The notes beneath the pieces are model-generated. The model was not told the DNA's origin. It did not search any database and saw only the letters and a list, made by a program, of their open reading frames with translations. Position numbers and translations under genes: made by a program. From the NCBI GenBank assembly GCA_012295275.1, contig CM022669.1, positions 19,096,001 through 19,160,000 of the forward strand: a DNA stretch of 64,000 nt, written 5' to 3'. Positions 1 through 40,916 of the stretch are shown piece by piece. Within the stretch, counting starts at the first letter, position 1. Each line of letters opens with the position of its first letter. The stretch is from Chrysomallon squamiferum. Its lineage: Eukaryota; Animalia; Mollusca.

Positions 1-5591
<5,591 letters not shown>

Positions 5592-8500
5592 GACTGCTTG
5601 CTGTTTGGTGTGCGTGTGTTTGGCAAAGACATTTTGTGAAAATGCACTAGATTTTTAACAAGCAAAACTTTTTTATTTTTTTATTTTTTTTTTTTTAATG
5701 TGATGGTAATACTTTTGAAATTGTTTATTGAAAGAGTATGGTTTTCCTTTGAAAAAAAAAAAATATATATATTGTTTTATATTTTTGGAACCATGCTTAG
5801 AACTATGTTTGCTTGTATTTATGAAATGTTTTGTTAGGAAGTTATATAAAAGCATTTATACAGTACTGGGGTATAGTGAAATGTGTTCTGTTTGCCTGTT
5901 GCTATGTGCTGTCGTATTCTAGTTGTTTTGTTTTACAGATTTACAACATTTCATTGAGACCCTGAAATATTAGTCTATCATATATACATTTAGATCATTA
6001 TCTGAAAATATTAGTTTTGTTTTTATATAAATTTAAGTAATTATCTAGGATCTCTGAAAACATCAGTCTGTTACATATACTGAAAACATTATCTTGTGGC
6101 CCTAAAAATATTAAACTGTTATATAAATTTAAAATGTTATCTTGTAGCTCAAAAAAGATTTTGTTACAAAGATTCAAAATATTAATGATAACAGTCGTAA
6201 TAGATTTAGTGGATTTAGTATTTCTAAAAATTTATAAAAAAAAGAAAATATTAAATTGTTAATATTACTATTATTACATCTATTATCATTTCTATTATTA
6301 TAAGTGTTAGAGAGATGAAGTTTAAACAAAATATGACCAGTATGGAAATTTTGGTGAAGGATTTAAGGTATTAAAAAAAAAAAAAGGAAAAAGGAAAAAA
6401 GAGGAAAGCAAAAGAAAAAAAAGAGGAGCTTTTTGATGATGGCATTATTTCTTCAATTTATATTACCACTTTTTTTTTAATGGAAACAGTATTGAGATTA
6501 AAATGTTAATAAGAGCTTCAAACCATTCAAAGGAATGTTAATATTGACTGAATTTTTGACTAAAATAACAACGCTTTGAAAACTTGTTTATATCTGGTGT
6601 TTGTTATCCTTCTGTATGCTTAATAATACATGTAACCACTTTGTGAACTTGTTAAAATAATGGTCAGATACGAAACTGAATATACTCTTTTATACTTGGT
6701 TCTTGTCATGAGGATATATTTTATTTTATTTTATTTTATTTTATTTTTTATTTTATTTTATTTTTGTTGTTTCATATAATAGAGTGTGACAAACATATTT
6801 TAATAATTTTTAAAAATTTTAAATTTCTCTCTTTCAAGTGGCCTAAACAGCCTTCTTGTGTGGCTAAGAGACAAATTCTCTTGTTATTTTCATTTCCAGT
6901 TAATGAGTTTTTGAAAATCTTTAAAATGTATTTACATTTATTCATGTATTTGTGTGTGTGTGTGTACATACATAAATATACATACACACACACATATATA
7001 AAAAATATTGGACTGATTTAAAGATTACCAGCCAGTATTTATGTTTTTGCATACCTGCATATATCTGTTCACTTTTTGAAATTCTAAGAAAATTATTTGT
7101 TCAGGATCTTACAGCTAAATAAACAGTGTATGCTGTTAAAATGTGTTCTGTGGATTTTGAATTAATATTACTACTATTACTGCTACAGCTACTACTACTG
7201 CTATTACTATTATTACTATTACTACTATTATTATTAATATAAATACAGTTAATTTTCATTTTTGAAGGATATTTATTACAAAAATAATTTATGTTTTAAA
7301 TTGAAAAAATATAATATAGTTTATTGCCAGTGAAAATAAATTAAATAATTTAGCCCAAAGGTTGACAGTTTTATTATTAGAAATTTCCTAATACACTGAA
7401 GCAATTAAATAATTTGATTAATAAATTAAAACCAAAAAAAAAAAAAAAAAAAAAAGAAAAAAGAAAGATAAATAAATAAAAATTAAAAAATTAAAAACTG
7501 ATTCAAATGATTTGTAGAACAGATGGTGTTAGCTGCAACCATCATTTCAAAGAAGAATGTCAAGAAAAGGGTTTTACACTGCATTTTACTACAGTTTTTT
7601 ACAATCTGAAACCTTTTCGTTACTTGTGACATGATTATTTCCCTTTAATTTGGCTCTTTCTTTGTTAACCTTGGCCTAGGTACTTTAATCCCATAGAAAA
7701 GATATTTTACATATTTGTATAGTACATCATATTTCTTTTCCGTTAAATTTACCACTATACTTAATAAACAGAGATATCCTCATTTTCGGTATTCATTAAT
7801 AACCACTTATCAACAATTGGATAAGCATTTATATGTGCTCTGGGTTTAAGCATTTTTGTAATGGTCACTTTGTGTTATGATATCTGGTTAGGCTTCCCAG
7901 GTTAGTGTATTAAAAGTATTAGTTTCAGAGAAGATATTTTAAAATAAACATTTGGTGATGGAAATAAAATATATTCTGTATACTTCCAAGCTGTGTTTTT
8001 TTTTTTTTTTTTTAAATTTATTTATTTATTTTATTTTATTATTAATATTTTGATGATACAGCCTTTGGGTAATCTGTCTTTTAAATATGATGTTTTAACC
8101 ACATTACTTTGATTTATGATACCCAGCTTTTATATATAAAACCAGAAATAGAGCAAAAACAAATCTGCATTACCTTTTTTTTTTTTCAGTTCTTCATTTA
8201 TTTATGTTTTAATTTACCCAGTTATGAAAACAGTATTAGTGTTGTCATAGTAATTGTTTAGAAAACTGTTTTGTTGTTTATTTATCTTAGCTTAGTAACC
8301 TTCCCTTGTGAAAAGAAAAAAAACATGTTAGTTATAAGTAGTTGCAGTATATTGTATAATTTTAATTTATCTTTTTTATTATTATTTTTTTAACTTTCAG
8401 AATAATTGTTACTGCATTTAAACTGTAATATTTGTTTCCTTTCCTTTTTTTTTAATATCACTTTATAAAATTATATTTCTTAAAATTATTTCCTTAATGA

Positions 8501-9691
8501 TTAAAATGAATTATTATGTTGGTTGTTTGGACTTTTATTTTAATGTTGAAAAGGAATGCAGAATTTGGATGAAGAGGTTACAATTTTTTTTTTTTTTCCA
8601 TCTCTTATTTTATTTACATTTTATCGTTTTTTTGTTTTGGAAACAAAAAGCCTAAATGTATAGATTTTGTTTTATGTGTATGACACTTATGTGATAGATG
8701 TATTATTTAGTTGTTTTTTTGTAAATATTTTATGTTGTTTTGCCAAACAAAATGGTCAAAAACTATAAAATGAAGAACCAAAAAAAAAAAAAAAATTTAT
8801 AGAACCAAAAAAATATTTACAGTAAAAAAAAAAAAAAAAAAGTAAAAAAAAAAAAATAAAAAACGGAAAGGAAAAGAAATAAAAATATAAATAAATACAC
8901 AAAAAGATGTAATTCATTATATTATTATTTGTAATGTATTTATAAATTTCTCTTCTCTTATGTTGTTTTCTAAATTTACAATATATATTTGGACAAAGGT
9001 TTGTTATTTTTATTTTTATTTTTATTTTTTGGAAGTTTGATTACCAAACATAATTATTAGTCTGAATAATATGAAATTTTATTTATTTTTTTCTCAAGAT
9101 TCAAAATTAGCTTTATAGCTTAAAATAATTATCGGACTGTATTTTAGTACATAATTAGAACAAAGAAAGCATTGAGAAAGTGTTGTTGAGACTTGGTGAA
9201 ATCACATTAAAATGAAATAAATGGATATTTCTGTCAATGGAGGATTATGTAACAGTGATGTAATTTTAAGAATGAAATGTGAAAAGAGAAGAAAAAGGAT
9301 CAAGTTATGATTATGTTATATCTGAAACAACATTATTTATGGTACATTGCAGGGTAGTAATAAAACAGTTACATCATGACAGTGAAAAATAAGATTTCAA
9401 ATTTCAGTTTTAGAATAATATAAAGTATAAGGATGTTTTTAAGGAAATGTATACACTACAAGAAACAATAATAATAATAAAAATTAAAATTCAGTTTATA
9501 TAGATCTATCAATAATTTAAAGCCACGATAGAAAGCATAAATATAAAAATAAAACATTGAATGATCTTTTGTTTATAACCTTTTATAAAAAAAAAAATAT
9601 ATATATATATATATTATTTTTAATATTAATAATTGAAATTTCAGTAAACTTTTAGAACAATACTGTAATTGGATACAACAAAAAAAAAGCA

Positions 9692-9768
<77 letters not shown>

Positions 9769-12700
9769 GAGATCATCATTTTTCTTTTTACTGCTGTAGA
9801 AAAGATAACAAACTGCTATAACCACAAACTAAAAAAACTATTTTTATATGTAACATCAAGTGTTCTTTTATATTATTAATTTCTCAAAATGAACACTTTA
9901 TAATTTTGAAGTACAAGAGATAAATGTTTGTTGAAAAAAAAAATATAATTCTTAGAGATTATCTTGTTAAAAATATATATTTAACTTCAAAAAAACTGCA
10001 TTACCTGTTACAGATGTAAAAAAATTGAAATATTTTAAAATGTGTATTAATATACTGTAAAAATATATATATATATAATTAAAAAATTGTAAAACTGATG
10101 TTATAAAATGTTTTGTTGTGGAGCTTTTTTTATTGTATGTTAAAAAACAAAATTTTGAAGGAAAAAAAATGAAATAAAATGTGAAATAAATATATGATGT
10201 TACTTATTTACTCATATTTTTAATTAATTTTTTTTGGGATTATTTATTTATTTTGAATTTACAGACGATTGCAGCATATTTTTTTTTATGAATGTGAGGG
10301 TTTGATTTCATATATTTGTTAGTTAAGAACTGAAATCTGGTATTACACTGTGTAAAAATACATAAAATTCTTATATGGCATGATGTTGAAATTTGTAATA
10401 TGACTGCAGTAAACACATCACAATGCTACTTGACACAGTACTGCTTGTTCAATGATAACACTGGCTTATGATCTATCCCAGAATGCATTGTGACAATCAT
10501 TTTGCTTCCCTAACCCATTGCAGTTGACATGCCTATCAATATAGATAAAATGTTTCAAGTGATAAAACTGTATTTCTCACAGATATATATATACATGTTT
10601 ATTGCATACTAAAACTGTATATGAAATAGTTTTTATCTGCTATTGAAACTGAAAAAACAATTAAATTGTGTCTGTATGTATTTACTATTGACTTAACATC
10701 CAAAGGTTGCAAAATGATAGGCTAATGCAGAGTGTATTAGAAAACAAATCTGGACTAATGTCAAATCAAATAAGTAGTTATATACGTATGCAATTTCTTA
10801 GTGTATAAGATCTGGGTGTTCTGTTTAAACCTTTATCTCAGAATCAACAAATCAGACAAAATTCTGCCCAGAGGATGTGAACTAGACAGGCCTTGACCTG
10901 CCCCACATAATAAAAACAACTAAAAACAAACTGTAATTTCAACAATGTTATTTATTCAAGCAAAGAGAAACAAAATCATATTGCACTTCATAATTATGAA
11001 TAAAAATGGAATGTGCCAAAAACTCTGAACGCTGAAATGTGGTATTATTATTTTTTATTTTTTATTTAAATAATAAAAATAACAGCAAAACAAAATCCAA
11101 CATGAAATAAAATGTCTTTGGTTTCCTGACAGGTTAATGAACTCTTTAGAAGTAACTTTTAGAAGTTTTATGTACATTATTTGTTTCAGAATAACAAAGA
11201 AAATAAAATTAGAATATTTTCACTACTTTGTGTTTTGATAACAAAGGAATATGCAGTTAAACAGGTTTACTGATAAAATATGTAAAACCTGTTAAACTTT
11301 TATATTTTTTTATTAAAAGTTGTCAGTATCTTCAAACATCTTTTATATAATGTTTAAATAATGTTTGGGTTTGTTTTGTTGTTTTTTTCAAAAAAGAAAA
11401 ATTCAACAATTTGAGGAACAATAAAGTCAAAATAATGAACATCTTATAAAAGAAAATAACAGTAAAATGTAACAATATAAAATAGTCAGATGAACAAGTT
11501 TAATATGATGTTTACAATCTTCTACATCTCACTAACACAACTTCCATAAACATATTTCAAGATTGAAGAGAATAACATACAGCATGAATGAAAAGTAATT
11601 CTTATCAGTGATACTTGCTAATTTCAAATAAAATGTCAAAAGGTAGAACAAATTCTGAATTTTACCATTAACAGTCAACCTACACAACAACAGTCCAAAC
11701 ATCACTGGCAACCATTATTAATGATGTATCCATGTCAATTTACTGTAGTGAACAAGCCCAAAACCATAGCAAAGCCTAATATAACTTTATTTCAGTGAGA
11801 TGTAACTTAATCATCTTTAACTTGACAATAATGTCATTTAAACCTGAAGAACACGAATGAATATATAAAAATTAAAACAAGACTAACTTTTCTATTTAAG
11901 ATCTCCTGTGCAGAAATTAATGAAAATCACATAGTACTTTGGAGATGCCAAGAGTCAGAGTTTTCCAATATGGCTGCTGGTCATATTTTGTGGGAAGGAC
12001 TAATACATAGGAATTCATAATTCCCATGATGCCACACATAATGGCCATTTTGCTTCCTTAGCCCACTGTAATAAACATGGTAGATGACACAGATTATAAT
12101 TTCTTCATCAATCCTAGATTACGTACCACATTAATACAAAACCAGTTAACAACACAACTGTCCAATTCTCTTTTTTCTTCTGATATAACACAACTGACTG
12201 TGTTTTCAGTTGTGTTGTTCAGGAAATTAAAATGATGGGCTTGTATTACCTATTGTTAAAATAAAGAATTTTAATATTGTATAATGATAATTTACTGCAT
12301 GTTCAATAACAAAATTACAGACATTATTCTCTTTTTTGGAAGGCGATATTTTAACAAAAATGTGACTGAAGTAATTTCTGCACATAGTTCTCTTAATGAC
12401 CATGTATACCACAAAACAAAATGGGACTGGCAAATCACCACAACAAATGATATTATAAAGCACCTAATTTTAATTACACATAATAAATATTAAAAACTAA
12501 AACATGAGGTAAAAACCAAAATAATCTAAATACACTTTTATATTTTTAAATTAAGCCAATAAAATGGGACGTAGGCAAATAAAGATTAGTGTAAATATAT
12601 ATTCACTATTTTATACACTGTCATAATATAACAAAAATGAACATTAACCATTTCTAAAATTAATTGTGTTTATTTATATTTATGTAAAAGATAAATGCAG

Positions 12701-14071
12701 TTACTGTAAATAAAATTTAAAATGAACACATTTTTGAAAGACTTAAAACAAGCAAATATTAACTAAAACAAAACAACAAATATATTTTTAAAAATGCATA
12801 AAATAAATAAATAAATAAATAAATATAATTTTAAAATCTTAAAATCAAATTGCACTAAAAATAAAGTTTTGTCTCGTCTTTTTAGCTGCCAGATATGTTT
12901 TTTCATTTTCAATTTCTTAACTTCATTAAAAATAACTTAACATAAATAATATTAAAAAAATATTTTCAACAGAGTAAAATTATAACTTTTTAATGAGCAC
13001 AAAAACACAGATGTATAAGATGAAAAATTATAAAAATTAATCTGCTATTGAAATAAATAAATGAATAAATAAATAAATAAATAAATAAATAAAATATTTA
13101 AAAAAAAATTAATCCAGTAAAAAAAGAATTAAAAAAAAAAATTAAAAATCATAAATTCTCTTACTTCATTTAGAATGATTTATTTATTTATTTATTTATT
13201 TTTCATCAAAATAACAATTACAAAACAAATTACACAAGTAAACATAAACAATAATTGATATTCATACTGATCTACCAATGAGTATTATTATATTATCTGT
13301 GGCAAGAAAATCTTGATAAATATATAATATATAACAAAAACAAAAAATAACAAATCTGAGACCAAATTAAAAACCAAACTGAAAAAAAAACCCAAGACAA
13401 GTAGAAAATAGCATTTAACAAAAGCGACATCTTGAACAATTTTATTAAAATATATTATATATGACCATTTCGCAACAGTTTTGTGAAATTTAGTTACAAC
13501 AGATACAGTAAAGATATGGTATACACTAACCTTGTTGTCTAAACACATTAACTTCACAAAACTTCACAAAGTTCAAAGTTCAGTCTGTAGTGGTGTTTTA
13601 CTGAAGTTTTACATTTTAGGACTTGATACATCGTGATACTGTGGATATCATTTGGTTTTTGGAAGAATGCTGGTTTGGCATGGGCTTTGGTTTAACGAGT
13701 TTAATTTACATATATAATTAACTGCTAACTTTCAGTTTTAAAGGTCAGTCAGTACAATACACTTGAACTACCTATACAGTAATGGATTTGCTCTAATCTT
13801 CCTCTCAGCTTAAATCCATTAATCCTATAACAATCCTAAAACAAACATGCATTACTGATATACCTAACTTTTCATAACTGTTTTATTTACAAATAAATAC
13901 ATACAATATTTTTTATTTTTTTTTTTTTTAAAAACCTGTGCACTAAATAAATAATTCAAATGATGTTCTTTACATTCGTTGAGCAAGAGGGAAAAAAAAA
14001 AACATTTACATTTTAATCTTACCGGCATATTTTTCAAATTTCAAAAAAAACCTAATCTCATCATATAAATC

Positions 14072-34140
<20,069 letters not shown>

Positions 34141-34197
34141 GATCTGGTGTTGTTTGGCAAGTGCTCTGTCATTTGTTGGTAAATTTACACTAGAGCC

Positions 34198-34330
34198 TTA
34201 CGCAATGGACGCCATGTTATTTTTGCACATGGATGTTGTCACGTGACTCCATCGATTTTTGTTTACAAACTCCAGAGATTCCAAAGCTGAATCATCTACA
34301 CCGCATGGGATGGTAATGAGCAGATACATC
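34198..34330 (-). promoter_or_regulatory. ANO8 promoter/5' leader with YY1-like AACATGGCG and a perfect GTCACGTGAC E-box (CLEAR-type)
   Basis: GTCACGTGAC at 34238-34247; minus-strand AACATGGCG around 34210-34218; CpG-retaining region just upstream of the first coding exon. Confidence 0.55.
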
Positions 34331-34699
34331 CTCATTTTTGCAGAGATTATTTTTATAACAAGCTAGTTTATATAATAACTCCAGCACATGATTGCTAATG
34401 TTGCATTAATCTTTTAACGTTAACTGATATAACCAGCCTTTTATATTTGGAGAGAAACATTACGACGGGCACGATGTAGTTTCAATATATTAATTGTCAC
34501 ATACGTCGCTGTTATAATATTATATAAGAAATATTCGTGAAAGAAAGAAAGGAGAACAAAAACAAACAACAAATTAATACATTTACCATTAAATTTTAAG
34601 ACATTAGTGAAATTATTTCAGTTCATTAAAATATTACTTTTGATTTTATCTGCAGCATTCCAGTTGGTGAATGGCATTTTGTTTTATTTACATTTTAAA

Positions 34700-34747
<48 letters not shown>

Positions 34748-35054
34748 GATCTAATATTTGATTTTATATTTTAAATAATATAGTAGTAGTAGCAACAGCA
34801 GTAGGAGCAGCAGAAGCAGTAGCCGTAGTAGTAATAGTAATAAATATATTAATTGATTAGTTTTATTTCATTAATTCTGTTAAATCTGATCATTTTTAAC
34901 GGAATTCATTTTGTAGTGCCGAATGTTGTGTATTACGAGTGAGTTAATATAGATATAATAAATAATACTCTTAGAAAAAACATGTTTATTAAGTAAAGTA
35001 TGTACAGCAGAGAGCAAAATAAAAATAAGTTGAGATTTATTTATTTAAATGTAC

Positions 35055-35089
<35 letters not shown>

Positions 35090-35456
35090 GTGTGTGTGTG
35101 TGTGTGTGTGTTTTTTTTAAAACTTTAATAAACAACAACAAAAATAAGTTATCAGAGGCATATATACGAATGCAGGCATATAGACCCAACAACACAGATG
35201 TTTGAACGCATACACACCTCCGTCAGATACATACATAACGCTACAGATTCTGTAAGCTGTTATAGTTAACATCACATGTAATATAAACGACAAACAAATT
35301 AATTTCTTTCTTTCTATCTGTCTGTTTTTCTCTTGATGAAAAGACACTATTGTTTAATTACAAAGGTATATAAATTGATATATAAAAATCATTTTAAAAA
35401 TATTGTAAACAACACAAACATAAACTGAAAAAATCCCAAAGAAAACAATACCACAC

Positions 35457-35490
<34 letters not shown>

Positions 35491-36736
35491 TCAACTACCA
35501 AAAACACAAAACAAACAAAACAAACAATAACAACAACAAAAAACCCCACATAATTAAAAATGAAACTAAAACGCTTTGTCAAATAAATATAACAATAAAA
35601 AGGTAAAGTTAAATATAATTAAATTAAAGATTATTAAGATTAATATTAATTATAATTTTCAATTTAACATCGCACACACACACATACACTCATATGCATG
35701 TGCACACAGGCTCTAAAGTACATCAGTATTACTAACAAAGAACTAACCTTAATGAACTAAAATAAGTGGATAATTGTTAGAGAGATAACTAAATTATAAA
35801 GCATAGCAATCACAGAAACACACACAAACGTACATACACACGGACAATCTCTTAAATAATGCCCCCAAAAGAGCCCAAATAGTAATAATGATGACGATGA
35901 TGATAATAATAATTTATATATAATTATATAAAGAAAAAAAATACAAATAATAAATTACCAAACAATAAACACAAAAACAGCTGATCGGTGCATCTCCATT
36001 ATAACTTTCATCTTCTCTTCCGTGGTAACCATTCAACATTAATTAACAACTTTGAGAATTGCTTCGTGAAAATATACACGACGAAGGAAATTACTTTAAA
36101 GTAATTTTGTTGACATTTTTGTTTTCAAATTTCACTTACTTAATTGTTTTATAAACCAAATTTCAAAATTTTTAAATTTATATATATATTTAAATAACTC
36201 TTACAAAATTTTTATTTAAATGTTTACTTAAAATACTTTTCTTTCCTCGTATATTACCTTATCTCCGATCGCAGCTGCGGTTGCTAACTGAATGACGTCA
36301 CTCAACTATTTATTACCGCAAATATCATCATGTCAGAAACGATGTGAAAGCCAGAATTGTCGGTATCTAAGACGGCGTTAACTTTTTACGCGAGTGATTT
36401 GTGATATTTATATTATTATAATAATTATTATTGAATTAAGTGACCTCAGTTTGTCACTCTTCTCTCTTTTTCTCTCTCATAGATGGAGACAAGCAGAAAT
36501 TCTGGATTCGCCTCTGTACGTCTTATCCAAGTGATTGCTTTAAACAGTTTTCACACGAATCGACAGTGATTTATAAATATCGACATTCATTTCTTTCTTT
36601 CTTCTTCTTCTTCTTATTGTTGTTGTTGTTTATTTTCGTTACCGTATTGCTTAGGGAAAAAAAAATAACCTTACAGAATAACAAATAAAACTGAATTTTT
36701 TTTATTTACATATTTATTTATTTATTTATTTATTTA

Positions 36737-36770
<34 letters not shown>

Positions 36771-36787
36771 GTTGTTGTTGTTGTTGT

Positions 36788-36823
<36 letters not shown>

Positions 36824-36824
<1 letters not shown>

Positions 36825-38600
36825 CATTGTAGTTGTTGTTGAGAAAATATATCGCTTGGATACATGTTGTAGTCGAAGATTTCAAAATCGTCCTTGTAGA
36901 TTTCCCGAATCTTCTTCACCATTTCAAGAGGAACTGTCGACCAAGCTGCTTTCATAGATTCTCGCCACCGTTTTCTTTGACTGTAGACAGTCGGCAAAGC
37001 TTTATTGTACTGCTTCAGTGCCTCTGTGGTCACGTAATCTATTGGATCATGTTGATTACCGGTTTCTAGCGGAGGTACGGCATTTTGTTCGAACAGGCCC
37101 TTTATTTCAAACATTCGCCACAGCCGAGACACTAACATTTCGACATCAGCGCACTGTTTATTCTCAAAACTTTCGAACATCTTAAATCCCTCGTAAACGA
37201 GGTCTCGAATCAGTCTCTCACCCCAGTCAGTTTCACGAAATTTTTCAACAAGTTCACTCAAACCAACTGTTCTCAGTGAGTACTCGACGTCTCTTGAAAA
37301 AGTGGCGTCTTTTCCGATGACGTCATAATGGATTCCACACGGGTGGCAGCGACTGGTAATTGGAGACACGTGATCGTATTTGTTAAGATTTTTTGTTTCT
37401 GATTGGATAACAAAGTTTATGAATTCTGGAAATGTCACGTCGTTTCCGCAAAGCTTCGATCGTTCAGTTGCAGAAGGTCGAAGCCATTTAACGATCTTGA
37501 TGCCAAGATGGTTCCACATGTCAGGTAGAAAAAGTTTTTCCATATAAATAGAATAAAGTCGAGAATACGGGTCCCGGACAAATAATATACTGAACGAATC
37601 ATCTAGATAGTCAGGACCTTCGTGGAAGATATCTAAAGTTTCAAAATGGCGCATTTTCGCATGGTGAACGTGAAACTTTCTCATCTGGAAGGGATTTTTA
37701 AGATCTGATGGATATAGATCTCGGCTGATATATCGATACACGCTTGTCCATATCGTTGTACCGGTTTTTGGTACGTGACAAAACGCTAATTTCAGTGGGC
37801 GAAACACAATGATGGCGAGTGTGAACCAGCTGACGCGTTTTCGTTTTGTCTTACAAGCTTCCTGCAAGTGTTTTCGTCTGAAGTCCATATCTCTTTTAAC
37901 TTTTGATTGTGAGATAACTGGAGGGGGGTCCTGAAAGGAAAACAGTTTTCAGTGAATAATGACCACAAATCACTATTTTCTCTTATAATACAAGTATTCC
38001 TTGATTAATGCGATAAATTGTTCTATCGACGTTACCACGTATATAGAAATGGCGTTGATCAAATATAATAATAATAATTACTTGTAAAAAATAAAAGTCT
38101 TATAATGTTAACTTATAATTATACCATTTAAAAACATCTCCGATCTATCGCTAAATCGCTTGATATTGTCAGTTATTTCTAATTATTAAAAATATTTCCC
38201 GGAAACCTAATGTTATATTTCAAAAACGATAAAAATAAATAAATAAAAATAATTATATAATAAAAATAAACACAGACTATTTCAGTTTAAGGAGGGAATA
38301 TTAAATTCTGGGGCATTCTTAGACACAGATTATAACATTGGTTGCTGTTGTTGTTATTGTTGTTGTTGTTATTACTGTTATTGCACTAAGGATCTGTCGT
38401 TATAAATACAATGACTACTATTCAGTTACCGCTTACTTGTAAGCAAATCATAGTATATTCATGGATGAATAATTTATTTGTAATTAATTGTTTGTTCTTG
38501 TTTATTTCTGTAGTAAGCTCTTTTTTTTTCAGGTTTTATTAAGGTATTTGTTACTGATTAATAAATAAAATAGGTTTTCTCAGTTTCGTCATCTTCGACA

Positions 38601-38676
<76 letters not shown>

Positions 38677-39233
38677 CACACAATGAACTATAATTTCACA
38701 AAATGAAGGGTGATGTAGATTAAAACTTACCTTCAGCAATGGAGACCAGCTGTTACTATGTTCGCCTGTAAAATATTGATAAAAATTGCATAATGTTATT
38801 TTAATTTTATCTTTCCTAATGAGATAACTAAAGAGGTAATGTCATTACTAAATTTTGTCTTTAGCAAGAAAACACAAATTAATTTGATATTAATTTGAGA
38901 TTGTAATCATAATATATTCTGCATGAGCGGCAAGGAATCTTTCTTTCACACCTTCCCATAAACGGGAAAGAATTCGTAATGGATCTTAATAAATCTTCAG
39001 CTACAACGAGACAGTAATAAATCCTTGGACTGTACAAACCCCTGTGTTTTGTATACAGAAGTTTAAAACCACGAATATCAATAAATCTATCAAATTCTAT
39101 TCTTATATGAAATCTATCAAAAGTAAAATCAGGATTACTACAAAGAACACAAAATACTTGAAAAGGATGCAAAACGGAAAATAAAAAAAAATAAAAATAA
39201 TAAAAAATAATAAAAATAAAATAATAATAATAA

Positions 39234-39264
<31 letters not shown>

Positions 39265-39281
39265 AAGAAGAAGAAGAAGAA

Positions 39282-39318
<37 letters not shown>

Positions 39319-39562
39319 AACAATATAAAATAAATAATAACAATGCGAACAGACGTTATTTATTTTGAACGAAATGCCTTTTTTTTTAATAATACTACTG
39401 TCAGTGCTGCTCCTACTACTACCACTACTACTACTACTACTGCTGGTACTATTATTCCTTTTGCTACGTGAACTACTAATATTACTGCTACTACTACTAC
39501 TACTACTATTGCTTCTGCTGCTATCACTACAATAATAGCAACAACTACTACTACCACTACTA

Positions 39563-39598
<36 letters not shown>

Positions 39599-39745
39599 AT
39601 AATAATAATAATAATAATGCTCACTAGTGAAATATGACAGAAAGATGACCACAACGATGAAAGGAAAGCTCGCCAGGAAACAATGACACAGATGAAGTCG
39701 TGAAAGACACCGTCGTCGTAGTTTACATTCACTGGAAGGATACAT
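36824..39745 (-). CDS. Carbohydrate sulfotransferase (CHST8-14/HNK-1ST family, Sulfotransfer_2), type II Golgi membrane protein, 420 aa
   Basis: Exons 39745-39625 (MYPSSECKLRRRCLSRLHLCHCFLASFPFIVVVIFLSYFT: basic tail plus signal-anchor), 38765-38731 and 37930-36824, phases consistent. 5'-PSB motif FCHVPKTGTTIW, 3'-PB motif LFVRDPYSRLYSIY, VTFPEFI, CHPCGIHYDVIGK, IYKDDFEIFDY. A probable non-coding exon ends at the donor at 40140. Confidence 0.92.
38604..38673. repeat. (TC)n microsatellite
   Basis: Directly visible. Confidence 0.95.
39180..39620. repeat. Compound trinucleotide microsatellites (AAT, AAG, AAC, TAC) in the sulfotransferase intron
   Basis: Directly visible arrays; source of the poly-S/V/L/F ORFs. 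Confidence 0.9.
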
Positions 39746-39784
39746 CCTTTGTTTAAGTGAAGCGTGGACAGAACACTCTGTATT

Positions 39785-39824
<40 letters not shown>

Positions 39825-40567
39825 GTGATGTTGATTATGATGATGATGATGATAATAAATATTATTTAATGTCAAATGCTTATCAGTTAAATTTATTTGT
39901 TTATTTAAAATTCTAAATTAATTAAAGGATTTCATTTCGTCCAAACCTTTGGATTAATTATAAAGCCCAAGGGCCTAAGTTAGTTCAAAATAAAAATTAA
40001 TTATTAACGGAACTGTTAAAGATATTATTTCTAAAATATATGCATGCAGTTCAGATATATACATATCAGATAACTACCATAGAAAAAAGAATAAAAATCT
40101 TAAAAATAAATTAAAATTTTATGAGATTAAAAAACTTACCTAGAAAACACTAGTTATCAGCGTCATTTTCCCTAAGATATAACTTTTCTTTGAATCATTC
40201 ATCGTTGCATAAACAGTTTTCAAAGATATTTTATAGTTTCTTTATTTTTTTTTTTTTTTTAAAAGCTCATTTCAACGTAACAGCTTATTAAAATGGTGAT
40301 GGAAAATCTTTAATGTGTCCTTGTGATGTAAATTATACCTTTCCTATTGTTCTAACAGTCCTGGTCTTTGAATATTACAGTATAAAATGTCAATTTAATC
40401 ATTAGTTTATTTTTGTTACTTATATGCGCACCGAATTATGTCATAATCCATGAACATCTACGTGTAGTTTCTTTTTATTTAATAATGTATAATAAATTAT
40501 AGAAAGTTTATTTATTTATTTAATTGTATACATAGTTGTAATCAGAAAAACAAAGAACAAACAAAAA

Positions 40568-40621
<54 letters not shown>

Positions 40622-40884
40622 CTGATTAGGAAGTTTAAGACACAATAAAAGCAATAAATAACGATTGTTATATTCTAAGAAAACGATGAATTTGTCAATT
40701 ATTGATAATGATACACAAATTCAGGTATGTTGACAAAAATAATTTAAGAAAATATTTTCTGATGCTTCAGGAAACACAAACGTAAGGGAAATATATGAAA
40801 ATGAAGTATATTTTATTATCTAGAAAAAAGATGATGATGATATATACATAAATGCCTTTAATCTAAAACAAAATGATACACATA

Positions 40885-40916
<32 letters not shown>

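Noticed and set aside
39103-39732. 209-aa minus-strand ORF
   Set aside because: Out-of-frame overlap with the first coding exon of the sulfotransferase, extended through trinucleotide repeats.
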